Virus record (IMG/VR): IMGVR_UViG_3300032236_001613
Coordinates: 124,001-188,000 of that record
Length of the DNA stretch: 64,000 bases
Direction: 5' to 3' (one strand)
Positions within the stretch are counted from its first letter, which is position 1; each line of letters opens with the position of its first letter. This document shows positions 1 through 9,175 of this stretch, piece after piece. The notes below the pieces were generated by a model that was given only the letters and a program-made list of their open reading frames with translations, searched no databases and was not told the DNA's origin. The position numbers and the translations under genes were made by a program.

Positions 1-12
1 TCATGCTGGAGT

Positions 13-1050
13 ATGGTTGATCAAATTCCATTAATCAGTCAGCCTTATCCTCCAGAAGTTATTGAATCTAGAGATTATAAAAACTATCATTTTAATTGGA
101 AGATTCCGTATACTCATTTGAGAACAATGAAAGCCAAACTATTGTTAGAAGTTCCTAACGAGGCTTTCCAAGATAATCAAGGCAATTGGTTTAAAGCCGG
201 CGGAGATAACTCTACGTTCTATAACGCATTGTATAATTGTGATCCTGATCGGATTTATGTGGTTCCTGATATTGTTTATAACTACAACGATGCAAGTCCT
301 ATTAACGATTATAAGGTTAATAGAGAAGAGCAAGATCGAGCTATTTCGGTTATTTTTGGAAATAATGATCCTATTGATCGTGCACCAAAAAAACCCGAAA
401 CAGTTAGCCAACCAATTGCATTATCAGCTCCTGCTGTAAATATCGGCCCGGCTAAACGTATTTTAATAGCTATTCCAACTAACAGAAATATTGAAGCTCA
501 GACTTTTAAAAGTATATACGATTTAATTATACCCGACGGATACGTTGCTGAGTTTCAGTATTTCTGGGGATATCAAGTAGATCAAGTACGTAATCTAATT
601 GCACACTGGACGATACACAATGGATACGATTACTTGTTTGCTGTTGATAGCGATATTTCGTTTGCACCAGACACATTAGTAAAACTATTATCGCATAATC
701 GAGATATTGTTTCAGGTATATATATTCAACGCATTCCAGGAACACATATTATTGAAATTATGCGTAAAAATCCGCATGGTGGTGTTAGCCATGTTGATTG
801 GAATACTATTAAAGGGCAAGGCTTAGTACCAATTGACGGATGTGGATTTGGTTGCGTACTAGTTAAATCTGAAGTGTTTAAAGCTATACCATATCCTCAC
901 TTCCTATATCATAGTGCAATTGATCATAAAAATACTTTAAGTGAAGATGTTCATTTCTGTAATCAAGCTAGAGATAGAGGATTTACACTTTGGGCAGATA
1001 CTAGTGTAATTTGCGATCACACTGGATCTTGGACATTTAAGGTAAACTAA
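13..1050 (+). CDS. Glycosyltransferase (GT-A/GT2-like C-terminal domain); may begin upstream of the window
   Basis: ILIAIPT start of a Rossmann-like domain, DSD motif (FAVDSDI), GCGFGCVLVK and SEDVHFC motifs typical of phage GT2-like proteins; the frame is open back to base 1. Confidence 0.75.
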   Translation: MVDQIPLISQPYPPEVIESRDYKNYHFNWKIPYTHLRTMKAKLLLEVPNEAFQDNQGNWFKAGGDNSTFYNALYNCDPDRIYVVPDIVYNYNDASPINDYKVNREEQDRAISVIFGNNDPIDRAPKKPETVSQPIALSAPAVNIGPAKRILIAIPTNRNIEAQTFKSIYDLIIPDGYVAEFQYFWGYQVDQVRNLIAHWTIHNGYDYLFAVDSDISFAPDTLVKLLSHNRDIVSGIYIQRIPGTHIIEIMRKNPHGGVSHVDWNTIKGQGLVPIDGCGFGCVLVKSEVFKAIPYPHFLYHSAIDHKNTLSEDVHFCNQARDRGFTLWADTSVICDHTGSWTFKVN

Positions 1051-1052
1051 TA

Positions 1053-1763
1053 ATGAAAATAGCTATTTTGGTTAGTGGTCAGCCAAGATTCCACAAAATG
1101 TCTTTCTACGATCACCTTACAAAGTTTAAAGGCTATAGTCAAGTTGATTGGTTTTTTTACATTTGGAAAAATAACGAAAACATCAAAAACATTCCGCCTG
1201 AATGGATCAATATTTCCGATGTTAATTGGGCTGTTGAAAAAATTAAAAAAAATCTACCTGTTAGCCATATACTTTCACGTTTTCATTTAGGAATGTATAA
1301 TATTCACGAATATCATACGTTGCCGTCAATTGGCTCAATAAATGCTATTAATTTACAATTTTATAGTTTAAAACAAGCCGATTTACTCCGTCAAGAAACA
1401 GAACAAACGTGGGGAAATTACGATTTAGTTGTTAGAACTAGGCTAGACAGAGAAATTACAAAAGAGATTAATCTAATAGAATTAAAAAACAAATTAGATT
1501 ATAACCCAAATCTCGTTTTCACACCAAATAATTACAAACATTATTATAATGAATATGGTATGTGTGACGCTTTTGCTATAACTTCTTCTAAAAATATGTC
1601 AATCTATAGTGATTTAATTAATTTTATTCCATCTTACTATCAGCAAGGGCTATATCCTCATCCTGAATCTTTGTTAAATTATCATTTAATAAAAAACTCT
1701 TTAGAATTAGACGAAACTTTGGAAATTAACCAATCATATAGCTACGAGTATGTAGACTGGTAA
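1053..1763 (+). CDS. Hypothetical glycosyltransferase-like protein
   Basis: MKIAILVSGQPRF N-terminus and YDLVVRTRLD motif, typical of phage glyco-island proteins. Confidence 0.5.
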   Translation: MKIAILVSGQPRFHKMSFYDHLTKFKGYSQVDWFFYIWKNNENIKNIPPEWINISDVNWAVEKIKKNLPVSHILSRFHLGMYNIHEYHTLPSIGSINAINLQFYSLKQADLLRQETEQTWGNYDLVVRTRLDREITKEINLIELKNKLDYNPNLVFTPNNYKHYYNEYGMCDAFAITSSKNMSIYSDLINFIPSYYQQGLYPHPESLLNYHLIKNSLELDETLEINQSYSYEYVDW

Positions 1764-1766
1764 TCA

Positions 1767-1774
1767 TATAAATA
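1767..1774 (+). promoter_or_regulatory. T4-like late promoter TATAAATA
   Basis: Exact TATAAATA 4 nt before the ATG at 1779. Confidence 0.55.
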
Positions 1775-1778
1775 CAGG

Positions 1779-3059
1779 ATGTTACTACGTGAATTATTTG
1801 AAGACTCAAAAAACCCCGATTTAATAGAAATTTTTCGAAAATTTTTTCCTTTAGCTATGAAAGAAATTGGGCTAAAGGATTTACCCAAAATTGAATTAGT
1901 TGACCGTGTTCAAGACAGAGTTCAACCAACGTTTGGTAAATTTGTTAATAATACCAATACAATATATTTAGGAATTCTAAATCGTCATCCTTTAGATATA
2001 TTACGTACACTAGCACACGAGCTAGTACATTATAAACAAAATACAGAACATCGATTAGATGCTACTAGCGGGCATACTGGAAGCCCTGCTGAGAACGAAG
2101 CACACGAAATTGCCGGCATTGTAATGCGTCATTTTAATAAAATGCATCCAGAATATTTTGATGATCTTCCGGTAATGACCGAAGGATGGCAAGACGATCT
2201 TAAGAAAAGATCGAGACAAGTAGGGTTAGGCTTAACTGCCGCTGCAGGATTCATAGGCGGATTGAAATCTCATGATTATTTCTATCCTCCTTATCAATAT
2301 ACACAGCAGCAAGCTCAAGACACACAGGACGAACCATTGATCCCTTCTGATGATAATGATGATTATTACCAAGGTCCGACTAGCGTTGATAAGAATCAAG
2401 GACCTGAACTCGAAATACCAAAATTATCAAACGCAGAAATTCCAGCAGTAAAAGAACCTGAAATACAAGCTCCATTAAATCAATCATACTTGAAGAAGTA
2501 TGTTCAAGCTCAAAAAATGGTAAAACTTCCTAACGCTTTAGAAAATGATCTTAAAAACGATGCTATGAAGCAAGGAATAGTAGGGTTAGAATTGGATCAA
2601 TTTTTAGGACAGTGGGCGCACGAAAGTGGTAACTTTACACAGTTTGACGAAATGTATAGAAATGGCGAAGCTTTTAAGAGTAAAAAATGGTTCATTGATC
2701 ATTACTGGAAAAACGACAGAATAAGACATGCATTAGGTAATAAACATCCTAATGATGCTTGGATGTATAGAGGAAGAGGCTTTTGCCAACTTACAGGAAG
2801 AGGCAACTACGAACAAGCCGGAAAAGCATTAGGTATTGACCTAACTAATAAACCTAATTTAGCAGCTAGTCCTAAGTATATGGGTGCTATTGCTATTTGG
2901 TATTGGAAAAATCGTGTAGCAACTAAAGTTGATGCAGAACATATGGGCGATACTACCGCAGTAACTAGAGCAATAAATCACGGCGAAAGTAAAGAAAATA
3001 TACAAAAAAGACATACCTGGGTACAATGGTTTAGAAAAATGTTTGGACGCGGTGCTTAA
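1779..3059 (+). CDS. Fusion of an HExxH metallopeptidase-like domain and a GH19 (chitinase/lysozyme-like) endolysin domain
   Basis: N-terminal LRTLAHELVH; C-terminal FLGQWAHESGNF, YRGRGFCQLTGRGNY and AIWYWK are GH19 hallmarks. Confidence 0.8.
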   Translation: MLLRELFEDSKNPDLIEIFRKFFPLAMKEIGLKDLPKIELVDRVQDRVQPTFGKFVNNTNTIYLGILNRHPLDILRTLAHELVHYKQNTEHRLDATSGHTGSPAENEAHEIAGIVMRHFNKMHPEYFDDLPVMTEGWQDDLKKRSRQVGLGLTAAAGFIGGLKSHDYFYPPYQYTQQQAQDTQDEPLIPSDDNDDYYQGPTSVDKNQGPELEIPKLSNAEIPAVKEPEIQAPLNQSYLKKYVQAQKMVKLPNALENDLKNDAMKQGIVGLELDQFLGQWAHESGNFTQFDEMYRNGEAFKSKKWFIDHYWKNDRIRHALGNKHPNDAWMYRGRGFCQLTGRGNYEQAGKALGIDLTNKPNLAASPKYMGAIAIWYWKNRVATKVDAEHMGDTTAVTRAINHGESKENIQKRHTWVQWFRKMFGRGA

Positions 3060-3078
3060 ACATATCGGAGGCTAACGT

Positions 3079-5268
3079 ATGAGCCACGATTCTGTTCTCA
3101 GCATTGACAATTTTGAACAGCTCTTAAACGAGGATAATTTCTCTAATCTATTATCATCTTTATCTGGAAAAGATAATTTAGAAGCTTCCTTACAAAAATT
3201 ATCCGAACAAAAAAGAAAAGTTGAAATAAAAAAAACAGTTACTATTTCGGTTCCTGTAACAAAAGTAGCTGTTGTTAAGAAAACTAAATCACGAGTATTA
3301 AGAAAAGAGATTACAATTCTTTTAGCAACTGCATTATATGCGACTAGTTGTGTTGATGTTAAAGAACCTAGATTAATTAATCAAATAGAATTTAAAAATA
3401 ATACTCAAGAAGTAACAAATAATGCTGTTTCAAAAGATCTGCCTATTATAACTACTACCATAAAAAAAGAAACAGTTAGCAATAAACTTGCTAGATTCTT
3501 TTTAACTGGAAATATTCAAGAACCTAATAAAGAAAAAGTTAATTTAGAAGCCGAAAGTCCTAGTGTTGATGATGATGACGATGATAGAATTAAACAACCT
3601 GTAGTTGTATTTGATACTAGACCTGCTAGTGAATTGTTAGCAGAAGCTAAAGCACTTTTATTAGAAAAATCAGGAAATTATGATCAAGCTATTGCTAATT
3701 TAAAATCTATCATTTCAACACAACCTGCAGAATCTGCAAAAGAATCTCACGAAATGTTAGGTTATGCTTATGAAAAATCAAAAAACTTTAACAAAGCTAT
3801 GAAAGAATATCAACGTTATCTAGCAATCTATACTGAAGATAACGAAGATAGAACTCGTGTAAGACAACGTTTAATGAGTTTAGAAATTTTGGAACCTGCA
3901 GGATTTTCAATAGGAAAAATCGATAAAACAAAAGCACCGCATCAGGGAGATAGTTTTGAACTTAACGGAAATACATCTGATTATCTATATGTAACAAAAA
4001 ATAATAATGTAGGTGTTGGCCAAAAATCACAACAGATCAATTTAATATCGGGTGTACAAGCTTCTTTAAAAGAAACACACAACGAATATGAGTTATCTGC
4101 CCGTGTACGTTTTTCTCAGGTGAAAGATTTTAGTGAGTCTGCTGGCAACAGAACTAATTTGTCAAATGCTTACGTAGATTTTGCTAATACATTTAAAGGT
4201 TATAACATAAGAGCAGGCAGACAAAACAGTGTAGCCGGGTCAGTAGGAAGATTTGACGGTGTTTCGGGAGGCCTCAAAGTTTCAGATGATTTAAAAATAT
4301 CAGTTGCAGTTGGTAATCCAGTATTAGGCTCTAATTCAAAATCAAAAAGAGTTTTTGAAGGAATGGAAGTTGATTGGAGAATTAATAATGATTGGGGTAC
4401 TGGACTATATGTTAATCGAGGAGTAGCAGATGGGTTACTAGAAAGAATGGCTATAGGCGGTAGTCTAGATTATAGAACAAACCAAACTAGTCTATTATTA
4501 AGATCTGAATATGACACTGTTTATCATAGCTTAAACTTGATTTCTTTTCAAAGCAATTACTATGCAAAAAACTTTGATGCTTTTGCTATTTTTGAAAGAC
4601 GACGTACTCCGATGCCATATGGAGACGTTGCACTTACTTTAGGCGAATACTCTTTAGATCGACAGTATTATAATTCTATCGGTGATCTATTATTAAAATC
4701 AGGGCTAACATCTAATGAAATTTACAATTATATTTCACAATCTACTCCTATTGCTACATCAGCAGTTGTTGGGGTAAGAAAAAAGATTTCTAAAAATTGG
4801 GAAGTAACTGCAGATGCACAGTCAACTAATTTATCTACAATACCAGGTTTTAATTTAAATCCTAATTTTGAACCTATTCCTATACAAGTAGGAGATAAAC
4901 AAAATTATTCATTAACTGCTCATTTAAAAGGAGAAAATATACTATTACCTAATAATAGTATAGAATTTGCTGCCAATGATTCTACCGGTGGTAGGAAATC
5001 TTCATATATTACTTTTGCAGATAATTTTAAATTTGGTGATAAAAATAGAAATAGTATTTCGACTGTATTAAGAATCGATACTGTCAACGAAGATTATGGA
5101 AAAATAGATACATTATCTGCTATTTTAAGAGGGTTTTATTCTATTACCGACCATACAGTTTTAGAAGGACAATATTCACAATCGTTGACAAAGACTAGAT
5201 CATCCTTATATAATAATCCTACTGATAAAAATCAAAATTTTTATATCGGTTTTAGACATGATTTTTAA
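3079..5268 (+). CDS. TPR-containing outer-membrane beta-barrel (porin-like) protein
   Basis: GGAGG SD before the ATG; TPR-like helices (GNYDQAIANLK, EMLGYAYEKSKNFNKAMKEYQRYL); C-terminal ~450 aa of amphipathic beta-strands ending FYIGFRHDF (BAM beta-signal with terminal Phe). Confidence 0.75.
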   Translation: MSHDSVLSIDNFEQLLNEDNFSNLLSSLSGKDNLEASLQKLSEQKRKVEIKKTVTISVPVTKVAVVKKTKSRVLRKEITILLATALYATSCVDVKEPRLINQIEFKNNTQEVTNNAVSKDLPIITTTIKKETVSNKLARFFLTGNIQEPNKEKVNLEAESPSVDDDDDDRIKQPVVVFDTRPASELLAEAKALLLEKSGNYDQAIANLKSIISTQPAESAKESHEMLGYAYEKSKNFNKAMKEYQRYLAIYTEDNEDRTRVRQRLMSLEILEPAGFSIGKIDKTKAPHQGDSFELNGNTSDYLYVTKNNNVGVGQKSQQINLISGVQASLKETHNEYELSARVRFSQVKDFSESAGNRTNLSNAYVDFANTFKGYNIRAGRQNSVAGSVGRFDGVSGGLKVSDDLKISVAVGNPVLGSNSKSKRVFEGMEVDWRINNDWGTGLYVNRGVADGLLERMAIGGSLDYRTNQTSLLLRSEYDTVYHSLNLISFQSNYYAKNFDAFAIFERRRTPMPYGDVALTLGEYSLDRQYYNSIGDLLLKSGLTSNEIYNYISQSTPIATSAVVGVRKKISKNWEVTADAQSTNLSTIPGFNLNPNFEPIPIQVGDKQNYSLTAHLKGENILLPNNSIEFAANDSTGGRKSSYITFADNFKFGDKNRNSISTVLRIDTVNEDYGKIDTLSAILRGFYSITDHTVLEGQYSQSLTKTRSSLYNNPTDKNQNFYIGFRHDF

Positions 5269-5788
5269 AACATTAGCAGTATTACTACTTTTATTAATTT
5301 TTCCAAAAGCATTAGGAGCCGAATGCACTGCCTATGAAAAATTGCATCCTCGTTGGCCGTTAACTGGTGCGCATTTAAGTACCGGTAAGTGTACTAGTTG
5401 TGGTATGTGTCATATACCCGAAGGTTCGGCAGTTTGGATAGGCACACCTAGAACATGTATTGCCTGTCATAATGGCGACCCTAGCCGTATGACAATAGGT
5501 CGTAGTGCTAGACATCTGCCTACATTATTATTAGATTGTGCAGGATGCCATAATACCATGGCATTTACAAATAAAACAGGTATAACACAGTTAATGATAC
5601 ACACTACAGGCTACCCTACTGTTATGTGTAAAGGGTGCCATAATGGCATGTATACCAGCTATGGCGCACAAGGAATGTCAAACGATCATCCTAAAACGGT
5701 GACTAGGAATGGTGTAAAAATAATAGTAGCTGCTGTTGACTGTAATTATAGTGGTTGCCATAATCCTAACAGTAACTCCTTCAATTAA
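5258..5788 (+). CDS. Secreted multiheme cytochrome c (4 CxxCH plus 1 CxxxxCH)
   Basis: Signal peptide MIFKTLAVLLLLLIFPKALGA; CGMCH, CIACH, CAGCH, CKGCH and CNYSGCH; overlaps the porin stop. Confidence 0.9.
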   Translation: MIFKTLAVLLLLLIFPKALGAECTAYEKLHPRWPLTGAHLSTGKCTSCGMCHIPEGSAVWIGTPRTCIACHNGDPSRMTIGRSARHLPTLLLDCAGCHNTMAFTNKTGITQLMIHTTGYPTVMCKGCHNGMYTSYGAQGMSNDHPKTVTRNGVKIIVAAVDCNYSGCHNPNSNSFN

Positions 5789-5802
5789 GAAAGCAGTTTT
5801 TT

Positions 5803-5810
5803 GCTAAATA
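5803..5810 (+). promoter_or_regulatory. Late-promoter-like GCTAAATA
   Basis: TAAATA core in the intergenic gap about 30 nt before GTG 5840. Confidence 0.35.
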
Positions 5811-5839
5811 GCAGTAGAAACCGCAAGGAGTTTTCTACC

Positions 5840-6649
5840 GTGCAAAAACTAAAAACACTTTTATCGTCTATGGCTATAACGATAGCATTAGCATTATCAT
5901 ATATTGCTGTTCCTGCTACAGTTGCAGCAGGTTCAATGATAATGTTTACTGATACCGCAGATGCTGCTGAATGTACGTTATATGAAACAATTCACCCAAA
6001 TTTTCCATTAACCGGTTCGCACTTGTCAACTGGTAAATGCAGCACTTGTGCTAGCTGTCACGCAGGTGGCATTTATTTAGGCACACCAAAAATCTGTGCT
6101 ACTTGCCATAACGGTAGCCCAACAGGACAAATTTCTGCACAAACTATCGGTCGTTCAGCAAAACATATTCCGATTAATACAACTAACTGCGATTCTTGCC
6201 ATAATACAACGTCATTTACTGCTTCATGGGCTATGAATCATGCTAGTGTAAGTGGGCAAAGATGCGATAGTTGCCATAATGGATCATTTACTGCATATGG
6301 TGCTATGGGTAAACCTAATGATCACATTCCAACGACAGCTGATTGCGGTACTTGCCATGTTACTAAAGATTCAAGCACACACAGTAACGATGCATGGAGT
6401 ATGTCACTTGCTGATATTCACAGAGGTATAACAACCGGTTGTGTTAGCTGTCATGATGGCGCTCACCACCCAGCTCTAGGTAAAATTGATTATGCTCCAG
6501 GGCATCCACAAACAAGCGATGCTTGCGAAACTTGCCACAGTATTAATAACACATTTAAGTGCGCATCATTAATTGAAGATAAAATGCTTCAACGAATGAT
6601 GAAGCAGAGTTTGGCATCTCTTATTGGAATACGTCTTAAATCAATCTAA
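5840..6649 (+). CDS. Secreted heptaheme cytochrome c (7 CxxCH)
   Basis: AAGGAG SD at 5825-5830 supports a GTG start at 5840; hydrophobic signal region; CASCH, CATCH, CDSCH, CDSCH, CGTCH, CVSCH, CETCH with intervening distal His residues (e.g. GKPNDHIPT). Confidence 0.92.
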   Translation: MQKLKTLLSSMAITIALALSYIAVPATVAAGSMIMFTDTADAAECTLYETIHPNFPLTGSHLSTGKCSTCASCHAGGIYLGTPKICATCHNGSPTGQISAQTIGRSAKHIPINTTNCDSCHNTTSFTASWAMNHASVSGQRCDSCHNGSFTAYGAMGKPNDHIPTTADCGTCHVTKDSSTHSNDAWSMSLADIHRGITTGCVSCHDGAHHPALGKIDYAPGHPQTSDACETCHSINNTFKCASLIEDKMLQRMMKQSLASLIGIRLKSI

Positions 6650-6665
6650 AGTTTAAGGACAAAAT

Positions 6666-6689
6666 AAAACGCCCCGAACGGGGCGTTTT
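6666..6689. terminator. Bidirectional intrinsic terminator
   Basis: AAAACGCCCC-GAAC-GGGGCGTTTT between convergent genes. Confidence 0.85.
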
Positions 6690-6732
6690 ACTATCACGAA
6701 GTAATTTATTTTTATTGTAGGCTATGCCACTT

Positions 6733-7008
6733 TTACTTCTTTGATACGCCAGCGTTAACAAACGCATACATCTTTTCAGCAGTGGCTAACACTTGATCTA
6801 AGCCAGGAAATTCCGGCATAGCAACAGTAGATACTAACTGGCCAGTTTTCTCATCGACGTGAGAACTCATTTCCCAACCAGCAAACTTAGCACTGTATTC
6901 GGCTTCGACTAAATCCTTGGCCATGCTAAGGATGTCTGTTCTAATCTCATATCCATTTTTGTTAAACTTAACTTCAGGGGCTTTCGGTGTGTAATCAGTT
7001 AATGACAT
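6733..7008 (-). CDS. Hypothetical phage protein
   Basis: 91-aa ORF with an AAGGAG SD, convergent on the terminator. Confidence 0.65.
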   Translation of the reverse strand: MSLTDYTPKAPEVKFNKNGYEIRTDILSMAKDLVEAEYSAKFAGWEMSSHVDEKTGQLVSTVAMPEFPGLDQVLATAEKMYAFVNAGVSKK

Positions 7009-7056
7009 AATGTTCTCCTTCTGTGTGTATGTTAACTATTATACATAATACTGTAA

Positions 7057-7248
7057 TTAATTACAAGATTTCTTGGCAGGCTGTGTAACCCATTCAACTT
7101 CATCTTCAGTTGCAGGTTGCCAACGATTTATAAAATACCAATTTGCAAAGGCATTAATAGTTGTGTAATACATTATATACTCTCCGTTGTGTGTGCCTAT
7201 ATTTATTATATGTTGCACTGCATTAATAATCAATTCAGATCTTATCAA
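7057..7248 (-). CDS. Possible small hypothetical protein
   Basis: 63-aa ORF; an internal ATG with a GGAG SD (MYYTTIN...) may be the real start. Confidence 0.3.
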   Translation of the reverse strand: MIRSELIINAVQHIINIGTHNGEYIMYYTTINAFANWYFINRWQPATEDEVEWVTQPAKKSCN

Positions 7249-7298
7249 AAGATACTTGCATCCAAAATGAATAAATATTCAAAAGAAAGGCTATTATC

Positions 7299-7595
7299 GT
7301 GCAAAGAAAAACAAAAAGCTTGCTAGAAGAACTTAACGATTTTGCTGTTAAAAAAGACCGAGAAGTTATTCTAGAATCAAGAGCTGTGCATATTATTGAT
7401 TCAGCTATTAACTTAATTAAACTTATAAGAGAAACTTTTGATCCTGACGTAGCCTACGAACTCGAAAGGCGTCTTATAAACAGTATTAAAGGTGCAGATT
7501 CTGCTAAATTTATACGTGGAATAAGAAAACTAAGAGACCATAAAGAAACAGCACGTAATCTAAAGATTATCGAAGGTGATTTAAAAGACGAATAA
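7299..7595 (+). CDS. Hypothetical phage protein
   Basis: 98-aa ORF, GTG start, AATAAATA motif upstream. Confidence 0.6.
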   Translation: MQRKTKSLLEELNDFAVKKDREVILESRAVHIIDSAINLIKLIRETFDPDVAYELERRLINSIKGADSAKFIRGIRKLRDHKETARNLKIIEGDLKDE

Positions 7596-7684
7596 TCTAG
7601 CCATATCAGTTATTTTTTCCATTTAATCATAAATATTTGCACGATAGCCCCAAACAGGGCTGACAGAACATAAGGAGAAATAAT

Positions 7685-8158
7685 ATGTCTGGAGGAATTT
7701 CAAGAGTACATGGTGGTATTAAACCAGGTTCGTTAGCTGGTGTAAGTTTAGCTGATTTCAATGTCACGTTCTGGCTCGGAGACGCTGCTAATCTTGCAAC
7801 AGATTACAACAGTGGTAACGGTAGCGTACCAGACGGTGCCTTAGATAAGGTTTTCCGTACAGCGATCGAAACTGTTGCTACAGTAAGTCGTGTTGGACAG
7901 TTAAAGACTAATGTCATGAACTTCACAATCGAAACATTGGGCACAGACGGTCTAGATGGTAATGGTTCGTTCTTAGGAACAGGACCAACTGATGCAAACT
8001 CTAGCACAACAGCATTAGCATTACAAGGTGCTATTCGTTCACTAGGAGTTTTAAATTACTGGGCTAACTCAGGAACAGCAAGTGCATCATACTTAAGAGT
8101 TGACTGCAGTACTGCTACTATTGCCTCAGGTGTTGCTGCTAACACAACTGGCTTCTAA
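7685..8158 (+). CDS. Putative virion structural protein
   Basis: Strong AAGGAG SD, upstream CATAAATA, Gly/Ala/Thr/Ser-rich, own terminator. Confidence 0.5.
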   Translation: MSGGISRVHGGIKPGSLAGVSLADFNVTFWLGDAANLATDYNSGNGSVPDGALDKVFRTAIETVATVSRVGQLKTNVMNFTIETLGTDGLDGNGSFLGTGPTDANSSTTALALQGAIRSLGVLNYWANSGTASASYLRVDCSTATIASGVAANTTGF

Positions 8159-8183
8159 TTTTTAATTAGAAATTAGATCAAAC

Positions 8184-8213
8184 AAAAAGGCAATCGCAAG
8201 GTTGCCTTTTTTT
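8184..8213 (+). terminator. Intrinsic terminator
   Basis: AAAAAGGCAATC-GCAA-GGTTGCCTTTTTTT. Confidence 0.85.
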
Positions 8214-8250
8214 ATGGCATAAATATCTACAACAGTTATGTAGGTATATA

Positions 8251-8682
8251 ATGGAAACGATACAAATTAAAACCTTAGTAGATATTACTAAACCACCAGT
8301 TAGCAGACCAGGTCAAGGCTCTTTCTTAGAACAAAATCAATATAAAAATTGGATTACGCTACAACAATGTATCGGGCTGCGTTCGATTATAGAGTTTGAC
8401 GAGCAGCCCAAATCTGAAATTGTCGATATCAAAGGATTAGGATTTGGAAATCGTTATAAGGGTCAACATAGAGTATGGACTTTTGAATTTAGACCCGATA
8501 GAACTATGTCTTATGATAATGAAAAAGGCAATCCTATTGGTTTACTTTTTGATGACGTAAACAATGTGCCGATTATTGAAAAATTAAACGAAACGATAAA
8601 TATTAAACAAGCAGTGTTCGACTTAGAATCACCGCAATATAAAAATACTATAATTACGGCATCTTTTGGGCAAACAACATAG
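8251..8682 (+). CDS. Hypothetical phage protein
   Basis: 143-aa ORF with CATAAATA upstream. Confidence 0.6.
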   Translation: METIQIKTLVDITKPPVSRPGQGSFLEQNQYKNWITLQQCIGLRSIIEFDEQPKSEIVDIKGLGFGNRYKGQHRVWTFEFRPDRTMSYDNEKGNPIGLLFDDVNNVPIIEKLNETINIKQAVFDLESPQYKNTIITASFGQTT

Positions 8683-8724
8683 GCAACTTGATTAAAATTT
8701 AATTACGTTTATGGAGACGAAAAA

Positions 8725-8964
8725 ATGCCCTTGGATTCCTCGGAAATCGAATCAGAAAGTTTAGAAACACATGTAGCATTGTGTGCGTTAAGATATAGTA
8801 ACTTAGAAACAAGATTAGGTAATATTGAAAAGAAAGTTGAAACACTACAAGCCATAATTGAAAAAAGTCATTTAAGCATGGTTCGTGTATTAATTGGAAC
8901 TGCAGGAACAGTCGTTGCTGGAGTATTATCAACATTGGTAGTAATACTTTCAAAATCTCATTGA
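8725..8964 (+). CDS. Small coiled-coil protein with a C-terminal transmembrane helix
   Basis: Heptad region followed by VLIGTAGTVVAGVLSTLVVIL; GGAG SD. Confidence 0.55.
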   Translation: MPLDSSEIESESLETHVALCALRYSNLETRLGNIEKKVETLQAIIEKSHLSMVRVLIGTAGTVVAGVLSTLVVILSKSH

Positions 8965-8965
8965 T

Positions 8966-9175
8966 ATGAAAATAAATCATCTAATAAAAGATATTACAAT
9001 TATTATAAACAATGAGGAAAGAGAATTTATAGAAAATCACAACTCAACGATATCTCTCTCCTCATTAAGTGAACACGATACTTGGACTGCTCAAAATTTA
9101 GTTAGGAAAGGAATGTATAGACTAACTAACGATAATAAGAACATTATTCTTACTGGTCGTTATGACAAAAAATGA
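8966..9175 (+). CDS. Hypothetical phage protein
   Basis: 69-aa ORF tightly packed in the operon. Confidence 0.5.
   Translation: MKINHLIKDITIIINNEEREFIENHNSTISLSSLSEHDTWTAQNLVRKGMYRLTNDNKNIILTGRYDKK

Noticed and set aside
145-745. Short alternative-frame or antisense ORFs (145-411, 239-439, 527-745)
   Set aside because: They lie entirely within the GT gene, have no SD and show no motifs; shadow ORFs.
8699-8980. 93-aa minus-strand ORF
   Set aside because: Antisense to the SD-led 8725-8964 gene in a plus-strand operon.
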